Source: Octopus vulgaris
Lineage: Eukaryota
Reading direction: 5' to 3'
Assembly (NCBI GenBank): GCA_951406725.2
Contig: OX597822.1
Location: forward strand, 64,108,001 to 64,172,000
DNA length: 64,000 nucleotides
Position 1 is the first letter of the stretch. The number at the start of each line of letters is the position of its first letter. Position numbers and translations under genes: made by a program. This document shows positions 40,122 through 52,781 of the stretch, piece after piece. Below the pieces are notes generated by a model. The model made no database searches and had not been told where the DNA came from. It saw only the letters and a list, made by a program, of their open reading frames with translations.

Positions 40122-40359
40122 TATACTAGCTGTAAACTTTGGTAATAAAATTTTGTTTGCAAACACCTACAATCTTTATTCATCGAACTAATTAACTGAT
40201 AGATGTGAATTGAAATGTCTTACCTGTGCAGTCATCTATAGCGACAACTCTCATTTACTATGGTAACTGGTCATTCGCAGACCAATATAATTACTGGTAT
40301 TTTTGGAAAATAGCGTTAACTGCGCAGAAGTTGCCATTAAAAGCATTCATTGGCTTCAG

Positions 40360-40565
40360 ATTTTAGCACAAGGCCAGACATTTTCAGGGAAGGAGGTAAG
40401 TCGATTATATCGACCCCAGTTTACAACTGGTACTTGTTTTATCGACCCCGGAAGGATGAAAGGCAAAGTCGACCTGGGCGGAATTTGAACCCAGAACGAA
40501 AAGATGGATGAAATGGCGCCAAGCATTTTGCCCGGCGTGCTAACGGTTCTGCCATCTCACCGCCT
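40360..40565 (-). mobile_element. SINE family B
   Basis: Core and head present in reverse orientation. Confidence 0.85.
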
Positions 40566-41324
40566 GTTAGCGGCGTAAATTACGCTGGGAGAAGAACTAC
40601 GCTGTGGCTCAAAATGCGAGAAATAGCAGCGAAACTAACTTCAAATCACACCAAGCCGTTTTAAAATAATAATGGACACATCAGACTATATAGCCCTTAA
40701 TATACAAAAAGACTGGATGGTCACGGCCAGGTCGCCTTTCATAATAGGCCTGTTGGATTGGGGGTAAAACAATCATCTGTCATATGAGGCTGAGTTAACG
40801 ATTGATCGTCTACATAGCTATTTGTCCAGTTAGAAATAGCAGTAAAATCTCTCTAACACCACTACTGTCTTAAACACGAAAGTCACAACTAACTAATGTC
40901 GTTGCAAGAGAAGAGAGAGAAGAGTTTTCAACAGACAAATATTAAAAATGGAAAAATAAAAATAAAAACTTTAACAATTTTATTGCCACAAGACAGAGAC
41001 AAAGATATTGATATAATGGAGCCAAAAAATCGACTTTATTGATGGCAACAAGACCGCGTGTACACATACACACAAACACACACGAATTTCACCAATAAAG
41101 ACATTTCCGTTTGTAACGTTGCTAAAAGCAGTCACAGACTAATCAAGAGTGAATTAGTAGAGGGCAGGTTACTACGTCAGACTTATACGTCGAAAGAATT
41201 TGCTATTCTTCTTGGCCATGTTGTTAAGAAAAGAAACGGATGAAACCTCCTTGCCCACCAAAAAACGCATGTCTTACTAAAGACATGGTACGTTCCTATG
41301 TAACAACAAGCCATTAGTTTCATA

Positions 41325-41922
41325 TTTCTTTACTGCCCACAAGGGGCTACACACAGAAGGGACAGACAAGGATAGACAAACGGTTTAAGTCGATTACATC
41401 GACCCCAGTGCGTAACTGGTACTTATTTAATCGACCCCGAAAGGATGAAAGGCAAACTCGACCGCGGCGGAATTTGTACTCAGAACGTAGCGTCAGACGA
41501 AATACCTATTTCTTTACTACCCACAAGGGGCTAAACACAGAGAGGACAAACAAGTACAGACAAACGGATTAAGTCGATTATATCGACTCCAATGCGTAAC
41601 TGGCATTTAATTTTTCGACCCCGAAAGGATGAAAGGCAAAGCCGACCTCGGCGGAATTTGAACTCAGAAGGTAACGGCAGACGAAATACCTATTTCTTTA
41701 TTACCCACAAGGGGCTAAACACAGAGGGGACAAACACGGACAGACATAGGTATTAAGTCGATTACATCGACCCCAGTGCGTAACTGGTACTTAATTTATC
41801 GACCCCGAAAGGATGAAAGGCAAAGTCGACCTCGGCGGAATTTGAACTCACAACGTGACGCAGACGAAATACCGCTAAGTATTTCGCCCGGCGCGCTAAC
41901 GTTTCTGCCAGCTCGCCGCCTT
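41325..41922 (-). mobile_element. Head-to-tail trimer of SINE family B
   Basis: Three ~180-bp units; only the unit ending at 41922 has the ggcggcgagctggc head. Confidence 0.9.
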
Positions 41923-42266
41923 TAAGCTTTAGTTTCAAGTGAGCTTAGTGTTTCAAGTGAGCTTAGTCGATGCTCGCAAGGATATTGCCTCAATTAGTAG
42001 AGACAAAATATACGAACCTGAATGTAGAGCTTTCGGGAACGAGGAGGAAACATGCAAATAGGTGAAGCTAGTTTGATACGAACTTGTTTCGCCTATTTGA
42101 ATTATTCGTCTTTATTCCTACTCATACACGTTTGTCACAGTCGTTGGGCGACTGAAATACAGGGTCAAAATGTAGGATGACGGCAATGACATTGGACAGT
42201 GAACGTTTTTGTGAAGCAAAATCCACTGTAAATATTTTAAGATCGGGAAAATTATATAATTATATA

Positions 42267-42647
42267 GGCGCATGAGTGGCTGTGTAGTAGGTAGCTTGCT
42301 TACCAACCACATGGTTCCGGGTTCAGTCTCACTGCGTGGTACCTTGGGCAAGTGTCTTCTACTATAGCGTTGGGCCGATCAAAGCCTTGTGAGTGGATTT
42401 GGCAGACGGAAACTGAAAGGAGCCCGTCATATATATATGTGTGTATGATTGTGTGTCTGTATTTGTCCCCCCAACATCGCTTGACAACCGATGCTGGTGT
42501 GTTTACGTCTCCGTAACTTAGCTGTTCGGCAAAAGAGACCGATAGAATAAGTACTGGGCTTACAAGGAATAAGTCCTGGGGTCGATTTGCTCGACTAAAG
42601 GCGGTGCTCCAGCATGGTCGCAATAAAATGACTGAAACAAGTAAAAG

Positions 42648-42650
<3 letters not shown>
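42267..42650 (+). mobile_element. SINE family A, full length
   Basis: Head to gtaaaagagt tail. Confidence 0.9.
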
Positions 42651-42738
<88 letters not shown>

Positions 42739-42942
42739 GGGTAATATAAAGGTACTAAAAACTTCAGATTAATTGCGTTAGAGACAAAACGCAGAAAGGA
42801 TAAAAATCCCTAATGTAGGGAAATTTCAAACAAAGGAAGAAAAGGCTACAAGTGGCTGCTTTTGAAAATGTACCAAAAATATTCGTGAGGCTGTTTCAAA
42901 GCATTTTAATAAATGTTTAGAAACACGATATTTGATGAATTT

Positions 42943-43173
42943 GGCGGCGAGCTGGCAGAATCGTTAGCACGCCGGGCGAAATGCGTAGGCGTATTTCGTC
43001 TGCCGTTACGTTCTGAGTTCAAATTCCGCCGAGGTCGACTTTGCCTTTCATCCTTTCGCGGTCGATAAATTAAGTACCAGTTACGCACGGGGGTCGATAT
43101 AATCGACTTAATCCGTTTGTCTGTCCTTGTTTGTCCTCTCTCTGTTTAGCCCCTTGTGAGTAGTAAAGAAATA
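42943..43173 (+). mobile_element. SINE family B, full length with 16-bp TSD
   Basis: TSD gatatttgatgaattt at 42927-42942 and 43174-43189. Confidence 0.95.
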
Positions 43174-43189
43174 GATATTTGATGAATTT

Positions 43190-44060
43190 GAAAAATCAAG
43201 AATAGAAAACTTATGTTGGAAAGATGGATACTAAACATGCAAAGTGTGGTGTGAATATGTAGTTAAAGAAAGGGTTTGAACTGGTGAAGAATTAGTAAGT
43301 TTGATTTGTGCTGTAGTAATGGGCAGATGGTGTTACCATTTGTTTTTGATTCACTCCCCAAAGCTGAAAGGTCCTTTAACTTAAAAAGGCATCAACTTCA
43401 AAGTCTAAAATTACATCACAACACTTAGCTTTATCTTTTACATCCTCAGACGTAATAGCGCTTAAGACAGCAATTCAAATAGCAACTATGTGTATATATA
43501 TCCATTAAGTACATGGTCGGGTATGTCATTGATTACCTTCAAATTTAATTTGTTCCGAAAAATCAAGAAGCGAAATATTCTCAACTACACATTTATGACA
43601 CAACATATCAACTGGATCGAAGCATGCAGATACTTCTTTATATTGACTGAGGAATCACGGGATCACTTCACGCTATGATGTTTGCGATAACGAGCTTGTA
43701 GGATAATATAGCAAAGAATACTTGGATGCAGTTAATACTCGACAATTTCAATGGTTATTTCTGAAAATATAGAAGTCCTTTTATTTGAAATTCAAAGACA
43801 CAATCAGCCCATTGCAAAAGTTGTAGTAATTATGGCAGATACTGAGTTGCAAACCATGGAACCTGAACGACACATTAGGCTACGTAAATGAGGTGTTGTA
43901 GGAAAGGTTTCAACTTCAAACAATAAAATGTATTCATCTAAATTATGACCGTTGCAACTTCCATTGCCATTTCCATTTGGTGATAAAAGATGGAAAGCTG
44001 GCTTAACGTGATGTTTCATGAAAAACCAAGAAAATAACACAAATGGATTATTACAAATAC
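43190..44060 (+). pseudogene. Decayed Helitron Rep/helicase N-terminal region
   Basis: Motifs in order across frames: LCCSNGQMVLP; AKYSQLHIYDT; NQPIAKV; RHIRLR; *PLQLPLPFPFGDKRW (cf. Helitron CCxxGK, FAQLYIYDT, YDPLQYPLLFPxGExGW). Confidence 0.75.
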
Positions 44061-44227
44061 AAGTTTATGCTACGAGAAAATAATTTCAATTAGCTTTATT
44101 ACTGAAGTCTTTTATCTTAGGAATTTTATTATGATATATTTTCTAAATTTAAGGAAGCTAGGTTACAAAAACTACTTACAATCAAATCCTTTATGATACC
44201 AAAGATTATGAAATTGAATATAGGCCT

Positions 44228-44656
44228 TAAATTTTGGCATAAGGCCAGCAGGTTCGAGGAGGGGATAAATCGCTTACATCGACCATAGTGCTCAGCTGGT
44301 CCTTATTTTATCGATCTGAAAAGGTTGAAAGGTAAAGTTGACCTCGGCGGAAATTGAACTCAGAATGTAAAGACGGGCGAAACGCTGCTAAGCATTTTCT
44401 TCGGCGTGCTGAGAGTTCTGCCATCTCGTCGGTTTAGTGCTAAAAGAAATATTAGCTTCAAATTTTGGCACAAGGCCAGCAAGTGCAGGGGTGGGAAAGA
44501 TCCGATTGCTCAACTGGGACTTTTTTTTTATCGACCCAGAAAGGATGAAAGATAAAGTTTGACTTCGACGGAATTTGAACTCAGGACGTAAAGACGGATG
44601 AAAACCTGCTAAGCATTTATCCCGGCATTCTAACCATTCTACCAGCTCGCCGCCTT
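44228..44656 (-). mobile_element. Two diverged SINE family B copies in tandem
   Basis: aattttggca.aaggccagca at ~44230 and 44461, each followed by the family core. Confidence 0.8.
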
Positions 44657-44693
44657 ACTGAAGCTGTATATATATATACACATACATACATAC

Positions 44694-44750
<57 letters not shown>

Positions 44751-44837
44751 AGAGTTTACGAAAAAAACAAAAGACGAAGACAGATGGTGTACAAAACAAA
44801 CAGATGTATTAGTATAACGCTCAGGAATAGAAAATGT

Positions 44838-44873
44838 GTTTTACGTTTCGAGCCTACGCTCTTCTACAGAAAG
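44838..44873 (-). ncRNA. Variant-core hammerhead-like motif in a family G element (44747-44897)
   Basis: Minus strand: cttt-CTGTAGA-a-gagc-gtag-gctc-GAAA-cg-TA-aaac. Confidence 0.6.
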
Positions 44874-44896
44874 GGACACAGAAAAAACAAGGAGAG

Positions 44897-44998
<102 letters not shown>

Positions 44999-45039
44999 AT
45001 TTATATATATATATATATATCGTTAGATAAATGTAATAT

Positions 45040-45368
45040 TCTTTTCTATTCTAGGCACAAAGCCCGAAATTTTGGAGGACGGATCGACTCCGTACGCAAC
45101 TGGTACTTAATTTATCGACCCCGAAAGGATGAAAGGCAAAGTCGACCTCGGCGGAATTTGAACTCAGAACGTAGCGGCAGGTGAAATACCTATTCCTTTA
45201 CTACCCACAAGGAGCTAAACACAGAGGGAACAAACAAGGACAGACAAACGGATTAAGTCGATTATATCGACCCCAGTGCATAACTAGTACTTATTTAATC
45301 GACCCCAAAAAGATGAAAGGCAAAGTCGACCTCGGTGGAATTTGAACTCAGAACGTAGCGACAGACGA
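45040..45368 (-). mobile_element. SINE family B dimer
   Basis: Same internal junction (gaaatacctatt.cttta) as in the 41.3-41.9 kb trimer. Confidence 0.85.
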
Positions 45369-45941
45369 TGGATGCAGATATATCAAGCCTCCGAGGTGAT
45401 TGCACGAAAATGGGGAAAGCAGGCTATTAGGTTTCCAAGCAAGTATCTGGCATAATTATTTGAACCTCTACTCGGGTTTGATTGGATATTCTGAAACGCA
45501 GGCAAATTCCATATGGGCCAACAGAAACATTTCGTTTTCCACGAGACGAAACAAATAATTCACGTTAAGACAAGAAATTAACAAAGATGTATTACGAATA
45601 TCGAAGAATTTATTGAAGAATCTGGTAGATCGGGGAAACAAATTTCGTATATTTCGTAAAAATTTTGTTATATGTCTGAATATACAATTATTGCAATAGC
45701 AAGTGCTTAATCTGCTATAGCTGTTACATTAATGCTTATAGGAAGTAAACAGTTCGTTCTACAGTAGACCTTCCATTTCATTCAGTTACTTGTATAGTAA
45801 ATGAAGTGGTAAGTAGCTTGCTTCCAAACCACATGGTTCCGGGTTCAGTGGCACCTTGGGCGAATGTCCTCTAGTATAGCCTCCGGCCGACCAAAGCCTT
45901 GTGAGTGAGTTTGGTAGACAGAAACTGAAAGAAATCCGTTG

Positions 45942-45995
<54 letters not shown>

Positions 45996-46001
<6 letters not shown>

Positions 46002-47473
46002 CAAAAGTAAGAAAATGGAGAAATACATCAAAATCAAATATCAACTACCAGATAATACCCAATCACATACTTTATTAAACCACCACATAAGAAACTTTAA
46101 GGTCAAACATAATAATATAGAACAAAACAGTGTACATAAAGGAGTGTACATAAAGGAGTAATATGTTACAATAAGTACAATATGTATAAGAGAATATAAA
46201 TATAAATAAATATAAATATAAATATAAACTACAAGTGTAAGTGTGTGGATGTTCTCAACAAACCAACCGTAAAGAAGACAATTGTAATTTAAATTTAAAT
46301 GTACAAGCCAATCATATTTTAGCGCTAGATTCGTAACTATTTCTGAACGTAATACTGTATTTGTGTCACAATTGAAATTATAAATTTGAACTCGGATGTA
46401 CATCTGTGCACCTGTGGATCTTAATATCATGTAAACAGAATGCTTTTATTTCATATTTTGTATGTATATGCAGATATTTAACGCTTTGCATGGTACTGTA
46501 GTACTATTGTGGTCCTTAGTTTTGCTATTATATTGCTAATAATGGGATCTATATATTGTTTTACTAGTATTAGTGTTATTAATAATAAGAATAATGATAT
46601 TGGTAGCATTAGTGGTAATGATAATGGTATTGATGTTAACATTAATGACATTTTGTAAATTAATATGAATTAATATAATGTACTCTTGACTCTGTATATC
46701 TGCATTTGGGTATTAATATGTGTATGTTTTCTACATTGTAATATCACAATATTAAGTTGAAAAATTGTAACATTGAATATGGAACATATGTATGTTTATT
46801 GATTTATATTATTTATATTATTATGTATATGTATATGTATATGTATAGGAGTATGAGTATATGCACTCATATGTATATGTATATGTTTTACTATGGGTAT
46901 GTACCCACACTTATATAAGTGTATATGTAATTTGGTTTTTATTTCATAATCTCCGAAGAGGCCTTAGAATATTTTTATAAATGTCTCATTTATAACTACA
47001 TATTGACCTACCACAAATGGCTAATATAAGTAAAATGAGACATACTTATCTGCATGGCCGAAACAGCTGTAAGATGTAGTTTATATTTATATTTATATTT
47101 ATTTATATTTATATTCTCTTATACATATTGTACTTATTGTATCATATTACTCCTTTATGTACACTCCTTTATGTACACTGTTTTGTTCTATATTATTATG
47201 TTTGACCTTAAAGTTTCTTATGTGGTGGTTTAATAAAGTATGTGATTGGGTGTTATCTGGTAGTTGATATTTGATTTTGATGTATTTCTCCATTTTCTTA
47301 TTTTGTATTATGAATTTGTGGTAAACATTTTACCTTTGCCCATATAATACAGTAAATGAATTGATTGCATCGCAATCATTAACATTTATGTATTAACTTT
47401 GTTGGGTACCTCACTAGCAGTATATTGGATATATGTTATCCCATGGAGGGTTGCATTTACAACCCCTATCTCA

Positions 47474-47478
<5 letters not shown>
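45996..47478 (+). mobile_element. Non-coding PLE-type insertion with ~237-bp inverted repeat and hammerhead
   Basis: 45996-46233 is the near-perfect reverse complement of 47075-47311; (TA)n on both flanks. Confidence 0.85.
46949..47075 (+). ncRNA. Hammerhead-like ribozyme with 92-nt stem II insert
   Basis: atct-CCGAAGA-ggcc-[atgtctcattt...aaatgagacat hairpin]-ggcc-GAAA-cagctg-TA-agat; U4C change in the core. Confidence 0.7.
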
Positions 47479-47518
<40 letters not shown>

Positions 47519-47777
47519 TGTGTGTATATGCACACGCACACACATATCGCTTGACAACCGATGCTGATGTGTTTACGTTCCCGTAACTTAGCGGTTAGGT
47601 AAAAGACCCGGTAGAAAATAATCACGCACATACAAGCCAGGCTACAGTGGTCTCTCTTTTCAAACGATTTCGACCAATCGCTTCCTTTCAGTCAATTCAA
47701 CATGTGAAACCGTTAACCCACACTTTTTTTTCCTCTTCCCGCTTTCTTTTATCTCTCTATGTTTTGTTTCATCATTC

Positions 47778-47813
47778 CTCTCTGTAAAGGAGCGTAGGCT
47801 CGAAACGTCAAAC
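47778..47813 (+). ncRNA. Degenerate family G hammerhead-like motif
   Basis: CTGTAAA-g-gagc-gtag-gctc-GAAA-cg-TC. Confidence 0.45.
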
Positions 47814-47992
47814 ACTCTTCCATTTTTTCCTGAGTGTCAAACTAGTACACGTTATTTGTTGTTCTCTTCCGATTTCTATCCATACCTACCTACCTACCTA
47901 CCTACCTACCTACCTACCTACCTACCTACCTACCTACTATCTAACTACCATCTACCTACCTACATGCATGCATGCATACATACATACATACA

Positions 47993-48023
<31 letters not shown>

Positions 48024-48044
48024 TCTTAAGTGTATCAGATTTAA

Positions 48045-48202
48045 TATTACATTATTTACATTATTTACATTTGCCGAATATTTGTCCTCATCTTGTTTGT
48101 TGTTAACTCAACGTTTCGGCTGATATACCCTCCAGCCTTCATCAGGTGTCTTGGGGAAATTTCAAACCTGGGTTCTCATTCCAAAGGTATTTTTCGTTGT
48201 TG

Positions 48203-48264
<62 letters not shown>

Positions 48265-48352
48265 GTTATTATTATTATTGTTCAGGTCACTGCTTGGAAT
48301 CGAACTCGTAATCTTGGGGTTAGTAGCCTGCGCTCTTAACCACAACGCCATG
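48045..48352 (-). mobile_element. tRNA-headed SINE-like element carrying a hammerhead ribozyme
   Basis: Minus strand: box A TGGCGTTGTGG, box B GAGTTCGATTCC (48284-48352), (AAT)n, 50-bp body, hammerhead, (aatgtaaat)n tail. Confidence 0.75.
48105..48150 (-). ncRNA. Minimal type I hammerhead ribozyme
   Basis: Minus strand: gacac-CTGATGA-a-ggctg-gagggtatat-cagcc-GAAA-cg-TT-gagtt; perfect stem II. Confidence 0.8.
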
Positions 48353-48723
48353 TATATCTAATATCTATCTAATATTAGATAGACATAATTAACTCCAGTA
48401 ATGTTGTAATCATTCTCCGACGTACGATTGACCAAGCATAGGAGATCTTTAAATAATCAGGAAATTGGTCACATAAGTCGTGGAACCAAAAATTATGACT
48501 CGGGGCCCTCATCACAGAAAAAATTGCGTTTATTTCAAGAATTTGCCGTTTCTTCTTTAGGTGACAAGTTTTCATTTAAACTAATAAGGAAACGGCTTGC
48601 AATTAAATTAGCAATGGTAATGGCAATTATATAAATCAAAGGAACAAGCAGCAGAAAGAAATTGCGCTACATTTCCTTAAGTCAGTAATGTAACAAGGTC
48701 ACCTACATATTACTTTTTCTAGA

Positions 48724-48842
<119 letters not shown>

Positions 48843-48935
48843 GAAGAATTTACGGAAAAAAACAACGGAAGACGAAGACAGGTGGTGTACAAAGAAAACA
48901 GATGTATTAGTATAACGCTCAGGAATAGAAAAAGT

Positions 48936-48971
48936 CTTTTACGTTTCGAGCCTACGCTCTTCTACAGAAAG
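48936..48971 (-). ncRNA. Variant-core hammerhead-like motif in a family G element (48840-49035)
   Basis: Minus strand: cttt-CTGTAGA-a-gagc-gtag-gctc-GAAA-cg-TA-aaag; stems I and II perfect. Confidence 0.65.
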
Positions 48972-49192
48972 GGACACAGAAAAAAGGAGAGAAACAAGGA
49001 GAGACAAAAATGTGTGTAGTGGCTAACGATACCTCTGTTTATATTTTATCTAATATGAATAATATAATGCGTCTAATAATAATGATGATAATAATAATAA
49101 TAATAATAATAATATTAATAATAATAATAATAATGATGATGATGATAATAATGATAATAATAATAACAATAACAATAATAATAATAATAATG

Positions 49193-49265
<73 letters not shown>

Positions 49266-49428
49266 TAATTGATTCTTGTGTATGCTTATGCATGCAAATA
49301 TGTATGCACATTTAAGTGTAGGTATATGTATTTATGTATATTTATATATGTATGCATATTATATGTTTATATATAAGTATGTATATGTGTGTGTATTTAT
49401 ATTTATAACTTAATCTTATGTACTTTCT

Positions 49429-49558
49429 AAAATCTGACGAAGCCCAGAGAAACACCCAAGTACCTCAATTTCATCAACTAATTACTTCAGTCTACTGGAG
49501 GGATAAAGGTAGAATGATGTATTTTTACCTCTTGGTTGAAACAGCTGTAAGATATTTT
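49429..49558 (+). ncRNA. Hammerhead-like motif with ~90-nt stem II insert
   Basis: CTGACGA-agcc-[insert]-ggtt-GAAA-cagctg-TA-agat; same 3' half as 47060-47075; stem I damaged. Confidence 0.6.
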
Positions 49559-49902
49559 CCCAATTTCTATTCCTGTATGTTATATATTTTAATAATTACT
49601 GGTATCTTTATATATTTTATATGTAAAGCATAATATGTTATATATGTATGTATATTTTTGTAATTGTCATTTTAGTAAATAAATAAATAAGTTGACATAA
49701 TATAATGTCCAAAAGTTGATGAATACCACATATTGATCCCCTGTTTTATCTACTCCGCGTTTCTCATTGTGTCTGCTTTTCTTTATGTCTTGTATCCATG
49801 TATGCATGTATACATACATACATACATACATACATACATACATACATGCATGCATACATACATACATACATACATACATACATGCATACATACATACATA
49901 CA

Positions 49903-49964
<62 letters not shown>

Positions 49965-50044
49965 TACGTACATATATATGTGTAAATATGCATATATTTA
50001 TATATTATTTATTTTATATGATCGAATGCCACGCATAGATTTAT

Positions 50045-50124
<80 letters not shown>

Positions 50125-50125
<1 letters not shown>

Positions 50126-51002
50126 CCGTGTTTCTCGAGCCGTGTCTGTAGAGCTTACCCGTTCGGGATAAGCTCTACAGACACGGCTCGAGAAACACGG
50201 GGCCGACCTGCCCGAGATGCGGTCAGAGCGACGAAACCGTTCTGCACGCACTCGTGCAGTGTCCAACAATTTCCGACCTGTGGGCTTGTGTCGAACAACT
50301 GCTGTCACGTGTGGGACGAGTCGGTTTATCAGCTGAGTCTATCGTTAATATTGTCACGCCTCCCTCCTTCAAACGGGAAGGAAGAGCTATTTTCATCATC
50401 CTTGTGGCTATGGCGAAAGAATGTATCTGGTGGACGCGTCTGAAAGGATTGGAGACAAACACTTTCCTCTCTGGTCAATCTCTCATCAACTTCTTCAAGT
50501 ACCACTTGAAAAGGAAAGTGAGAGTAGAGAGGCAAGTTTTGTCTAGCGAATGTTTTAAAAAAAGATGGGTGAATGTAGCAAGAATGGCACGTATGAATGA
50601 CGAAGCCACCTTGAGCATGATCCTATGAACCCAGAAATTGAAAACAGAGAGTTGCTTATTTGCAAAAAAAAAAAAAAAAAGAAAAATAACATGTGACTCC
50701 ATTGACCGAGGTTACCGTGGTCTTTTCCGTAGGCTTTTCTTTCCACGGGTAAACCTCACCTGTCCTCCCCTTTACACTTCATATTGACATTTCTGTGATA
50801 ACGATCCCTATTGATCAAATTTTTTTTTTTTTTCCTCTCCCCTTTTTTTTAACCCCCCTTTTTTTGTCCTCTTTCTTTCCTTTTACGATCCCTTTTGATC
50901 GAAACTCCCCCTTCCTTTTTTTTTTTTTTTTAAACCTTCAAAAGAAAAGCTCTACCTAGTAATTTGTTCTGTGTGCAGCCCTGTGTGGCTAATAAAGAAA
51001 CA
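50125..51002 (+). mobile_element. Tx1/L1-clade LINE, 5' truncated with fold-back 5' junction, in (TATC)n
   Basis: Near-identical to 55952-56787; CPRCGQSDETVLHALVQCP finger; AATAAA then (TATC)n. Confidence 0.92.
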
Positions 51003-51024
51003 TATCTATCTATCTATCTATCTA

Positions 51025-51070
<46 letters not shown>

Positions 51071-51711
51071 CATGTATATGCATATATATTTGGTTGTATA
51101 TCTATCTGCCTGTCTGTCTGTCTGTCTGTCTGTCAATTTATCTATTTTATATGTATATAGCTATAATATGTTATACATGTATGTACATATTCTTGTAATT
51201 GTCATTCTTAGTAAATAAATAAATAAGTTGACATACACGTAGTAATCAACAGCTAACTTTATCCACCCCAATTCACACCCCACCGCTTCTGTAAGCAACA
51301 CCAGAATGGCCGACGAAGTACCTTATCCTCTTCACTCTCAATAAAGAAGCTTAGTCATCATTATATTTTTGTACACACTTCTCTGCCAATTTGGTCTTTG
51401 TGGCAGCCAGTTGGAACGGCACAGGTGAATGTTACTGATTGAAGTAATGCTAAGTACGGCCCCAAGTAATCGATGCAGCTTATATCAATAACTAAGGCGT
51501 GCCTCCCATCAACATAGCTAAGCCATCAAAGAAAGAAAACAAAAAATATATGGAGATATACAAAAAAAAAAAGAGTCCTTTACTAGAAATCAAACAAATC
51601 CGAAAATAGACCGGAAACGGAAATACAATATTTGGTAACAATCCAGTCAAATCAGCGTGTGTGTATATAAAGGTAATCGTACATACATACATACATACAT
51701 ACATACATACA

Positions 51712-51743
<32 letters not shown>

Positions 51744-51764
51744 AATATATGTATGTATGTATGC

Positions 51765-51797
<33 letters not shown>

Positions 51798-51872
51798 CGT
51801 GTGAATGATACACTCACATATATACATATGTATATGTATATATATGTGTGTGTGCATGTGTGTGCGTGTGAG

Positions 51873-51899
<27 letters not shown>

Positions 51900-51905
<6 letters not shown>

Positions 51906-51913
51906 CACACCGT

Positions 51914-51954
<41 letters not shown>

Positions 51955-52350
51955 GCTTACATACAGAACACGCATACGCATAGATAAATGAGTAAAAGTG
52001 TGCGTCTTGATCTTTCCCCCGTCTCTTACTCTCTCTCTCTCTCTATATATATATGTGTGTGTGTGTGCGTGTGCGTGTGCGTGTGTATATGTGTGTGTAT
52101 GCGTTTGTGTGTGTTTGCGCGTGAGTGTGTATTCGTGCGTACGTGTATGCGTTTATGCGTGTGCATATGTGTGTGTGTACGCACATACATATTCACACGA
52201 ATGTATGTATGTATGTATGTACATACAGATGCATATATGTGCGTATATGTAGTTGCCCAATGAAATTAGTTAAACATTGCGGATACAACATCATTAACCG
52301 ATATTATATGTGTGCTCAGGCTCGTATCCATACACATATACACACATACA

Positions 52351-52418
<68 letters not shown>

Positions 52419-52529
52419 TATACATATACATATATTTACGTATATACTATATATATATACATACATACATACATACATTCATACATACATACATACATAC
52501 ATACATACATACATACATACATACATACG

Positions 52530-52595
<66 letters not shown>

Positions 52596-52738
52596 TGTAT
52601 GTAGGTATATACTATTGTACGTATGTTTATGTTACTAGTATTGGTTAATTAAGATGTGCCCGCAATGTGTAACTAATTTCAACACATGCTTCCCCACTCA
52701 CATCACTATCCCCCACCTCAAGCACACACAGAGTGAGA

Positions 52739-52781
<43 letters not shown>

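Larger units (their letters stand above)
45805..47620 (+). mobile_element. SINE family A split by a ~1.5-kb insertion in its internal (TA)n
   Basis: 5' half 45805-45942; 3' half resumes at ~47546 (atcgcttgacaaccgatgctg). Confidence 0.8.

Noticed and set aside
40590-40880. Old repeat fragments (agaaatagcag...; a similar inverted piece near 61810-62110)
   Set aside because: Probably an ancient SINE, but too degenerate to delimit or classify by eye.
51355-51520. ~52-codon open frame on the minus strand after a pyrimidine tract
   Set aside because: No recognisable domain; length compatible with chance.
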